From positions 65,067 to 129,066 of the forward strand of contig CAWBAV010000013.1 of NCBI GenBank assembly GCA_963786865.1: a stretch of DNA of 64,000 nucleotides. Reading direction: 5' to 3'. Position numbers and translations under genes: made by a program. Shown here piece after piece: positions 38,510-47,019 of this stretch. Each line of letters starts with the position of its first letter. Position 1 is the stretch's first letter. The notes under the pieces were generated by a model, which ran no database searches, was not told where the DNA came from, and saw only the letters and a list, made by a program, of their open reading frames with translations. The stretch is from an uncultured delta proteobacterium. Lineage in GTDB: Bacteria > Myxococcota_A > Polyangia > Polyangiales > Houyiibacteriaceae.

Positions 38510-40001
38510 GCGGGCTCAGGTCGAGGTCCTCGATCATCAGCCCCGCCGTCGCTTTGGCCGAGTTGACGACCCCGGGGACGCCCGCCCCCGGGTGGGTGCC
38601 CGCGCCGACGAAGTAGAGCCCCCCGATGCGATCATCGCGATTGTGCACTCGAAAGTAGGCACTCTGCGTGAGGACGGGCTCGAGCGAGAACGCCGAGCCA
38701 TGGTGGGCGCCGAGCTCCGTCTCGAAGTCCTCGGGCGTGAAGATGCGAGTCGTGACGAGGTCCTTCTTGAGGCCCGGGATGTAGCGTTGGTCGAGATAGT
38801 CGAGGATGCGGTCGCGGTAGCGAGGCCCTTCGCTCTGCCAATCGATGGGCGCCTTGCCGAGGTGGGGCACCGGAGCGAGAACGTAGAAAGCCTCGCAGCC
38901 CTCGGGGGCGAGCGAGGGGTCGGTCACGGTGGGCGCATGCAGATAGAGGGAGAAGTCGTCGGCGAGGACACCTCGCTCGAAGATGTCGTGAAGGAGCTCC
39001 CGATAGCGCGGCCCGAAGAGGACGCTGTGGTGCGCGATCTCGGGATGGCGCCGTTTCGTGCCGAAGTAGATGAGAAAGAGCGACATGCTGAAGCGCTTCT
39101 GCGCGAGCCGCCTCGCGGGTCCGAGAGCTTTGGGCTCGGCGCGCAGGAGCTTCTTGTAGGTGTGAACGACGTCGGCGTTGCTGGCGACGGCGTCGAAGTC
39201 GCCGCTCCAGCCGTTCGAAGCCTGAAGCCCGGTGACCATCCCGTCTCGCGTCCGGATCGCTTCGATGGACGTGTCGAGCTGCACCGCCCCCCCCAGCTCC
39301 TGGAACAGCTGGACGAAGGCCTCGACGAGCGCACCCGTGCCGCCGCGAGGAAAGAAGACGCCCCACTTTCTCTCCAGGGCGTGAATCAGAGCATAGATGG
39401 CCGAGGTCGAGTAGGGGTTGCCGCCGACGAGGAGCGAATGGAAGCTGAAGGCCTGCCGGAGCTGCTCGTCGTGGATGAAGCGCGAGACGACGTCGTAAAC
39501 GCTCCGGTAGGCCTGGAGGCGCACGAGCTCGGGACCCGCGCGCACCATGCTCCACCAGTCGAGAAACGGAACGTGAGCGAGCTTTTCGTAGCCTTCCGCG
39601 AAGACTTCTTCGGCGTAGGCGCGGAACCGGGCGTAGCCTTCGACGTCTCTCGGGCTCTTCCTCGCGATCTGCGCGTTGACCCGCTCGAGATCGTCCGTGT
39701 AGTCGAAGCGGTAGCCGTCCTCCCAGCAGAGCTGGTAGAAGGGCTGGACGGGAAGGAGCTCGACGTAGTCCTCGAGGGCCTTTCCCGCGGCCTGGAACAC
39801 TTCTTCGAGGCACGTGGGGGCGGTAATCACCGTCGGGCCCGCGTCGAACGTGAAGCCCTGGTCCTTGTACACATAGGCGCGGCCCCCCGGGCGATCCCGT
39901 CTTTCGACGAGCGTCGTCTGAGCGCCCGCCGCCTGGAGGCGCACCGCAAGGGCGAGGCCGCCAAAGCCGCTTCCGATCACCGCGACGCGCGGGCGGCTCA
40001 C
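38502..40001 (-). CDS. crtI: Phytoene desaturase
   Basis: GTG start; VIGSGFGGL, FDAGPTVIT, SLLVGGNP and GAGTHPGAGVPGV. Confidence 0.95.
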   Translation of the reverse strand: MSRPRVAVIGSGFGGLALAVRLQAAGAQTTLVERRDRPGGRAYVYKDQGFTFDAGPTVITAPTCLEEVFQAAGKALEDYVELLPVQPFYQLCWEDGYRFDYTDDLERVNAQIARKSPRDVEGYARFRAYAEEVFAEGYEKLAHVPFLDWWSMVRAGPELVRLQAYRSVYDVVSRFIHDEQLRQAFSFHSLLVGGNPYSTSAIYALIHALERKWGVFFPRGGTGALVEAFVQLFQELGGAVQLDTSIEAIRTRDGMVTGLQASNGWSGDFDAVASNADVVHTYKKLLRAEPKALGPARRLAQKRFSMSLFLIYFGTKRRHPEIAHHSVLFGPRYRELLHDIFERGVLADDFSLYLHAPTVTDPSLAPEGCEAFYVLAPVPHLGKAPIDWQSEGPRYRDRILDYLDQRYIPGLKKDLVTTRIFTPEDFETELGAHHGSAFSLEPVLTQSAYFRVHNRDDRIGGLYFVGAGTHPGAGVPGVVNSAKATAGLMIEDLDLSPRA

Positions 40002-41171
40002 GGCGGGCTCCCGGCCATGGAAGAGCGCGGCGGACGGCTCGGCAGGAGGCACCCGAGAGCGCGTCCTACGGGGACGGGCGGGCGCCCCGCTAGCAAGCGC
40101 ACCTTGTCGGCGAGCTTCGGGCGGTTCGCGTAGAACCGCTCGATGAGAGGCTCGGACAGCGTGTAGAAACGGCGCAGCACCCGGTACCGCTCCTCGGGCA
40201 GGGCGGCTCTGAACAGCATGCGGTTCAAAAAGCGGAGAAAGCCGCTTCGGCGCCAGAGCGCCGTCGACCGGCCGCGGGTCAGCTCGAGGAGGCTCCTCGC
40301 CTCGAGATCGGCTCCCGTGACGGCGAGAGCGAGGCCCGTCGCCTCGGCGAGCGAGTAGCCCGTCGTGGGATGGAAGAGAGCGGCTCTCAGTCCCGAGCGG
40401 GCCACGGCGCCGCCCGCCTCCCAGAAAGCGTCGATGTCTCCGCCGAGCACGACGGGCAGCACGCCCTCTTCTTCGCTCGCGACCCGGGCCACTTGGAGAC
40501 CTAGAGTTTCGGCGTAGAGACCGATTCTCGGAGCGCATCGCTTCGCGGGGAAGCTCGAAGCTGTCACTGTAGCGCGTGTCCTCGATGAGAAGAGAGCTCT
40601 CGGAAAAGGGGAGCACGTAGAAGAAACGGAATCCGCCCCGCTGCTCGACCGTGGCGTCCATGAGGATGGGCCGCTCGAGACCGTGGGGACGCTCGAGATC
40701 CAAAAACCGTCCCAGGAACTTCTGGTAGCCGAGCTCGAGGTGGGGCGAGTCGACGAAGCCACGGCCGTCCAGAACGCTCCGCGACTCGATTCGCGCGCCG
40801 TCCGCGAGGCGTACGGCGGTCGGGCCGACCTCGGCGACGTCGGCCTCGAGGTGGATACACTCGCCGCACTGCTCGACGAGCACGTCGTGCAGGCGCTCGG
40901 AGTCGACGGCGTGGTACGACCCGCTCAATCGGCGCTCGAGCCCGGGGAAGCGCACGTCGTGGGCGGGCCAGGAGCGAACGACGAGAGGCTCGACGAGCGC
41001 GCGCGCAGAAGCGTCGAGGTCCGTCTCGTGGAAGGACCACGTGTGCCGGCCGCCGAGAGCGGCGCCCCGCTCGAGCAGCACGAACCGGGCGTCGGGTCGG
41101 CGTCGCGCGAGGGCGAGCGCGACGAGCCCGTTGGCGAGGCCGCCGCCGACGAGAACGACGTCCGTCTTCAT
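39998..41171 (-). CDS. crtY: Lycopene beta-cyclase (one frameshift near 40,530)
   Basis: GGGLANGL, HTWSFH, GYQKFLG, LMDATV.Q, EDTRYS, EEGVLPV, LFHPTTGYSL and RFYTLSEPLIERFYA. Confidence 0.95.
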
Positions 41172-41665
41172 GACGCTTCCAGGAGGCTCTCGAGGCGCTG
41201 GGCGACGAGCTCCGCGAGAACGGGGTCGCGGCGGCCCCGATATTGGGCGACGAGTCTCCCCCGGGCGTCGACGATGAGCAGATTCGGTAGGTCGGTCGCG
41301 AGCCCGAGCTCCGCCGACCAGCGCCGGTCCAGGTCGATCTGGATGGAAACGGCCTCGGGGACCCGCTCTCTGAGCTTTTCGGCGACGCGCTCGCGGGTCG
41401 TCGCCCCGTCTGTTGCGACGTCCGCGATTCGGAGGTAATCGACCCGTTCACCGAAGCGCTCCCGGAGCGTCTCCTCCCAGGGTCGGAGGCCGCGCAGCCT
41501 CTCCGCCGAGACGACGAAGACGACGACGGGCCGGCCCTCGTGCGCCCGGAGACAGTCTTCCGCCCCGTACTGGTCGGGAAGCGAGACGTCCCGGAGCGAG
41601 GCGAGCGAGAGCTCCGTCTGCTGCGCGAGCGCGACGCCGAGAAGCGCTGGTAGCAGAGATAGCAT
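41168..41665 (-). CDS. Exported thioredoxin-like-fold protein without CxxC
   Basis: Signal peptide; LPDQYG, cis-Pro-type DLPNLLIVD; stop overlaps the crtY ATG. Confidence 0.65.
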   Translation of the reverse strand: MLSLLPALLGVALAQQTELSLASLRDVSLPDQYGAEDCLRAHEGRPVVVFVVSAERLRGLRPWEETLRERFGERVDYLRIADVATDGATTRERVAEKLRERVPEAVSIQIDLDRRWSAELGLATDLPNLLIVDARGRLVAQYRGRRDPVLAELVAQRLESLLEAS

Positions 41666-41738
41666 GACCCCGCATTATTGGCGCGCCACCGCCCAGGCTG
41701 CCAATTCTTCCTGGGGCCGAAGCGATCGAGGTCTCTCG

Positions 41739-42483
41739 CTACGGCCAGCGGCCGGGGGTGGACTTCAGGCGCACGAGGACGATCTCGAATCTCGCCTCCA
41801 GGCCGGTCGAACAGACCCTTCAGCACCAAACCGCTCGCGTCCACCCAGAGCCGATGGGTCGCTTCGGACTGGTCGAGCTCGTAGACCGTCGCATCCACCG
41901 TCCCGGCGAACTCCGTCTCGAGAGGCTCGGAGTCGACCCGGCGGTAAGTCTGCTGGACGCGCTCCCCCGAGATATCGGGGAGCTGAAGCGTCACGGCTTC
42001 CACCCGGCGCTCTTCTCCCGCGCCGAGCTTCAGCTGCTGGAGAGCGAGCGCGTTGAACAGAGGCGAGTCGAAGTCGACGACCGTGCCCGCGCGGCGGCCG
42101 AGCTCGTGCTTCTTCTTCTTGCGGCCCTGGCCGTCAACCTCGACTCTCCAGTTCTGGCCCTTGGACTCGAGCTCGAGCTCGGTGACGACGCCGCCCCGGG
42201 TCGCGATGAGCTCGAGCTTCCGGGGCTCGAGCGAGCGCTCCATCTCATACCGGAGCTCCTGGCGGCTCGGCTCGGGCCAGTACATCGTCCGCGTCGCCTC
42301 CAGGACGACGCGCTTGTCCTTGAACACGCGGAACTGCTCCTGGCCGATGCGCTCACCGTCGAGGCGAATCTGATACTCACCGCTCGAGGTGGGCAGCTTC
42401 TCGTCGGAAGCCCGTGCGACGTTGAGGGGAGCGAGGCTCGCTCCGGCGACGAAGAGACAGGCGAGACGGCACCTCGTCTTCAT
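41739..42483 (-). CDS. Exported beta-rich hypothetical protein (DUF6134/DUF3108-like; frameshift near 41,790)
   Basis: Signal peptide ending ARA; GEYQIRLDGERIGQEQF and RLWVDASGLVL. Correcting one base gives the end FEIVLVRLKSTPGRWP*. Confidence 0.6.
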
Positions 42484-42564
42484 GGATTCCTCCAGCTTTT
42501 CGGTTTTTTCGTGGAACCCAATCATTATACAATGCGCGCCTTTCTTCGAATGGTCTCTGCCCGC

Positions 42565-43880
42565 ATGAAGCTCGTTCTCACGGTGGCCGGCCTCCTCGCT
42601 TCGGCCCTTGTCTGCTCCGCGCAAACGGGACCGGTCGTCCTGTTGTCGATTGATGGCCTGAAGCCCGACTACGTGCTCGAGGCCAATCGGTACGGGCTGC
42701 GCATCCCCAATCTGCGTCGTCTCCTCGCCGAAGGAGTCCACGCGACCGCCGTTTCGGGCGTGCTCCCGACGGTCACGTATCCGAGCCATGCGACACTTCT
42801 GACGGGAGTCTCCCCGGCGAAGCACGGTATTACCGGCAACCGTCCGTTCGACCCGTTCGGCACCAATCTCGGCGGCTGGTTCTGGTACGCCGCCGACATC
42901 CACGCCGAGACGCTCTGGGACGCGGCTCGCACCGCGGGCCTTTCAACGGCGAGCGTCGATTGGCCCGTCAGCGTCGGAGCTCCCGTGACTCACGAGATCG
43001 CGCAGTACTGGCGCGCCGGCAACTCCGAGGACGTCAAGCTCATTCGGGCGCTCTCGACGCCCGGCCTCCTGGAAGAGGCGGAGCGCGCTCTCGGACCCTA
43101 TCCCGACGGCGACGACTACGGCCTTTCGGCCGACCGGCGTCGATCCGCTTCACGCTCCGGATCCTCGAGGAAAAAAAGCCGCGCTTCATGACGGCCTACT
43201 TCGCCGGCCTCGACACCGAGGAGCACGCGAGCGGACCCTACAGTCCGGGCACGTTCGAGACGCTCGAAGGACTGGACGAGCTCGTCGGGCGCCTCCGGAC
43301 CGCTGCGGAGGTTTTCTGCCTCGTCTCGGACCACGGGTTCGCGCGCACGGACGAGGAGGTCCACTTGAACGCTGCGCTCGGTGACGCGGGTCTTCTGGAG
43401 CTCGATCCGGACGGGGGCTTGCGGGACTGGCAGGCCTTTGCGTGGAATCACGGCGGCCTCGCCGTCGTGCACCTCGCCCGACGCGACGATGGGCTGCGCG
43501 ACCGGGTGCGAGATGTCCTCTCCCGCCTCGCGTCCGTGCCCGCGAACGGCATCCGCCGCTTTTTCGAGCGAGTGGAAGACAACGACTTCGTCGTCGGCCT
43601 CGAGCCTGGCTACCGCACCGGCGGCGAGCTCACCGGGCCTGTCGTTCGCTCGGGGCCCGTCGAGGGAACGCACGGCTACCTTCCCGAGACGACGGAGATG
43701 GACTCGGCGTTCTTTCTCGCCGGCCGAGGCATCCCGCCCGGGCTCGACCTCGGACGCATCGACATCCGCGACATCGCGCCGACGCTCGCCGGACTCCTCG
43801 GCATCCCGCTTCCGGGCGCCGAGGGCCGCGACCTCTTGGAGACTCATGAAGAGCCAGATCCCGCAGTTCATCGGCGCTAG
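42565..43880 (+). CDS. Nucleotide pyrophosphatase/phosphodiesterase (alkaline phosphatase family; frameshift near 43,140)
   Basis: LSIDGL, PTVTYPSHATLLTG, D...H, VSDHGF, GTHGY and DIAPT. Confidence 0.9.
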
Positions 43881-46169
43881 CGTCAGGCGTCGCGAAGACC
43901 CCGCGCTCGTCACGGGCCGCGGTCTCTATACCGCTGACGTTTCCCTCGAAGGTGCCGCGACCCTCGCTTTCGTGCGAAGCCCCTACGCTCACGCGAAGGT
44001 GCTCTCCGTGAAGACCAATCGTGCTCTCTCGATTCGAGGGGTGTTGAGCGTCTTCACGGCCGCGGACCTGCGCTCGCAGCTGCGCCAGCCTTTCAGTGTC
44101 GCCACCGAGTCCGACCAGGGAAGGTTCGACGAGCTGCACCTGCCAGAACGGCCACCGCTCGCGCTCGATCGCGTGCGGTACGTGGGCGAGCCCGTCGCCG
44201 TCGTCGTCGCCGAAGACGCCTACGTGGCGGCGGACGCCGTCGAGGCGGTCGAGGTGGACTACGAGCCGCTCGACACCGTCGTCGACCCGGAGGCCGCGCT
44301 CGAAAAGGGGGCTCCGCTCGTCCATCCCGATTTCGGTACCAATCGCGCGTTCTCTTGGAGCGTGTCGGGAGGCGACGTGGAGGGGGCCTTCGCCTCGGCG
44401 ACGAAAGTCGTCGAGCTTCAAGCGAAGATTCAAAGGCTCGTCCCGAACGCCATGGAGCCCCGCGCCTCCACCTGCTCCTTCGACCGAGACGAAGGGTGCA
44501 CGCTCTGGTCCACGACGCAGATACCCCACTCGCTCCGAGACGAGCTCGTCGAGATGCTCGGCCTCGACCGCGACGAGCTGCGCGTCGTCGCACCCGAAGT
44601 GGGAGGCGGCTTCGGCGCCAAGGTCAACGTCTACGGCGAGGACGTGATCGCCGTGCTCCTCGCCCGCCACTTGAAGCGCTCGGTCCGCTGGGCGGCGACG
44701 CGCTCCGAGGACTACCTCGCCACCAGCCATGGGCGCGATCAGCGCGCGGTGCTGCGCCTCGCTTCCGACGCCTCTGGCAGGCTCCTCGGCATCGACCTCG
44801 AGCTCGTCATGGATTGCGGGGCCTACTACAGCCGGGTGACGCCCATCATCCCCGCGCTCACCGGGGTGATGATCCCCGGCGTCTACGACGTCGCGAACGT
44901 GCGCGCGCGGGCGAGGGGGGTCTTCACGAACAAGAGCATGAGCGAGCCCTACCGGGGGGCGGGCCGGCCGGAGGCCGCGTATCTCATCGAGCGGGGCATG
45001 GATCTCCTGGCGCGCGAGCTCGCGATCGATCCCGCCGAGCTCCGCCGCAGGAACTTCATTTCGCCCGCGAGCTTCCCTTACGCGACCGCGACCGGACTCA
45101 CCTATGACAGCGGCGAATATGCCCGTTCGCTCGAAGACGCGCTCGAGCGCGTCGACTACCCGAAGCTCCGCGCGAGACAGCGAGAACAACGGGAGAGAGG
45201 CGGGAGGCTCCTCGGTATCGGGATCGCCACCTACGTCGAGATCTGCGGCTTCGGTCCCTGGGAGCTGGGCTCCGTGCGCGTCGGACCGGACGGCAAGGTC
45301 CGCGTGCTGACGGGGACGTCTCCCCACGGTCAGGGGCACGAGACGAGCTGGGCCCAGAATCGTCGCCGAGACGCTCCAGGTCGACCTCGACGACATCGAG
45401 GTGCTCCACGGGGACACGAAGATCGTGCCCAAGGGAATTGGCACCTTCGGGAGCCGCAGCGCCCCCGTGGGCGGGAGCGCCGTTCTCGAGGGCGCCGAGA
45501 AGGTGCGCGAGGGCGCGAAGGAGGTAGCGGCGCATCTGCTCGAGGCCGCGGCGGCCGACATGTCGCTCGAGTCGGGACGCTTCCAGGTCGTGGGAGTCCC
45601 CGGGAGCGGGCGTGAGCTGGCGCGAGGTGGCCGCCGAGGCCTATGCGGAGTCGCTCCCCGAGGAGCTTCGCGGGAAGCTCGAAGGCGAGAGCGAGTTCGC
45701 TCCTCCCGGGGAGACCTATCCTTTCGGAACTCATGTCTCTGTTGTCGAGATCGATCCCGAGACGGGCGAGATCTCAATCGAGCGCTTCCTCACCGTCGAC
45801 GACTGCGGCCGCGTCATCAACCCTCTCCTCGTCCAGGGGCAGGTTCACGGCGGGATCGCCCAGGGCATTGCCCAGGCGCTATGGGAGAACGCCCTGTACG
45901 ACGAGTCGGGGACGCTCGTCACCGGGAACCTCATGGAGTACGCGGTGCCGCGGGCGGACATGCTGCCGTCGTACGAGACCCACCGCACCGAGACCCCGAC
46001 GCCCCACAACGCCCTCGGGGTCAAGGGCATCGGCGAGGCGGCGACGATCGGCTCGACCCCCGCGGTGGTGAACGCCGTCGTGGACGCCTTGTCGCACCTC
46101 GGCATCGACCACGTCGACACCCCGCTGACGCCGGAGACGATCTGGTCGCTCTTGCAGTCGCGGCGTTGA
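43846..46169 (+). CDS. Xanthine dehydrogenase-family molybdopterin subunit, CoxL form-II-like (frameshifts near 45,360 and 45,610)
   Basis: RREDPALVTG, VGGGFGAK, PYRGAGRPEA, GQGHET, QGQVHGG.AQG and KGIGEA. Confidence 0.9.
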
Positions 46170-46214
46170 CCAACGGGCCGGCGTCCGTCTCCGTCGCCGC
46201 TGCTATCATGAAGC

Positions 46215-46493
46215 ATGGACTACGCGGCGCTCCCGGGCGGTGACCTCGTCGAGAAAGGCCTTCGCGATCTCGCCGAGGGCCTGGCGACCCCGGAAGCTTT
46301 TCTCGTCTCGATGGGAGCGCGGCGCTTGAGAGACGCGGGTGTTCCCGTGCCCGAGCGGACGTGGCCAGACCCCGAGCGCCAACTCTACGACCTGCTCGCC
46401 GCGGAGAACGAGGACTCCGCTCACTCCAGGTACAACGCCCTGGTGCGTCGGCTCGTCAGCTTCGAGGATGCCGCCGAGTGCGTCGGCCATTAG
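46215..46493 (+). CDS. Small helical hypothetical protein, putative antitoxin partner
   Basis: 92 aa, host codon usage, extended -10 box 5 nt upstream; overlaps the downstream NTase. Confidence 0.7.
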   Translation: MDYAALPGGDLVEKGLRDLAEGLATPEAFLVSMGARRLRDAGVPVPERTWPDPERQLYDLLAAENEDSAHSRYNALVRRLVSFEDAAECVGH

Positions 46494-47011
46494 ACTCGGA
46501 GCGCCTCCGCGCTTTCATGCGGGCGCTCGCCGCCGAAGCGCGCGAGCAGACGAGGATCTACTTCACCGGCGGCGCGACGGCCGTTCTGCTCGGATGGCGG
46601 ACGGCGACCATCGACGTCGACCTCTGCATGTTTCCGGACCGAGACGCGCTGTTCCGCGCGATTCCCGAGCTCAAGGAGAAGCTCGAGCTCAACGTCGAGA
46701 TCGCATCGCCGCCCGACTTCATCCCTGAGCTGCCCGGCTGGCGAGAGCGAAGCAAGCTCATCGCGCGGGAAGGTCGCGTCACGTACTACCACTTCGACTT
46801 CTACTCTCAGGCGTTGTCGAAGCTGCAGCGCGCCCACGCCAAGGACCTCGACGACGTCGAAAGAATGCACGAGGACGGCTGGGTCGAGACCCATCGGCTC
46901 GTCGAGCTCTTCGAGGCCATCGAAGAACAGCTCTATCGATTTCCGGCAATCGACCCCGCGGCGTTTCGACGTCGTGTGGAGGACTTCGCACGAGCCCACC
47001 GAGCGAGCTGA
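46478..47011 (+). CDS. DUF6036-like minimal nucleotidyltransferase
   Basis: GTG start; YFTGGATAVL...TIDVDL (GG plus DxD Pol-beta motif); SKLQR...KD..D. Confidence 0.75.
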   Translation: MRRPLDSERLRAFMRALAAEAREQTRIYFTGGATAVLLGWRTATIDVDLCMFPDRDALFRAIPELKEKLELNVEIASPPDFIPELPGWRERSKLIAREGRVTYYHFDFYSQALSKLQRAHAKDLDDVERMHEDGWVETHRLVELFEAIEEQLYRFPAIDPAAFRRRVEDFARAHRAS

Positions 47012-47019
47012 GCGCTCTC

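Noticed and set aside
38502-41171. Apparent 889-aa CrtY-CrtI fusion ORF
   Set aside because: One indel near 40,530 puts the crtY 5' half in the crtI frame. The real crtY C-terminus is in the 39998 frame, and crtI has its own GTG overlapping the crtY stop.
43846-46169. Aerobic CO dehydrogenase (form I coxL)
   Set aside because: The motif is PYRGAGR rather than AYxCSFR, and no coxM/coxS genes are adjacent.
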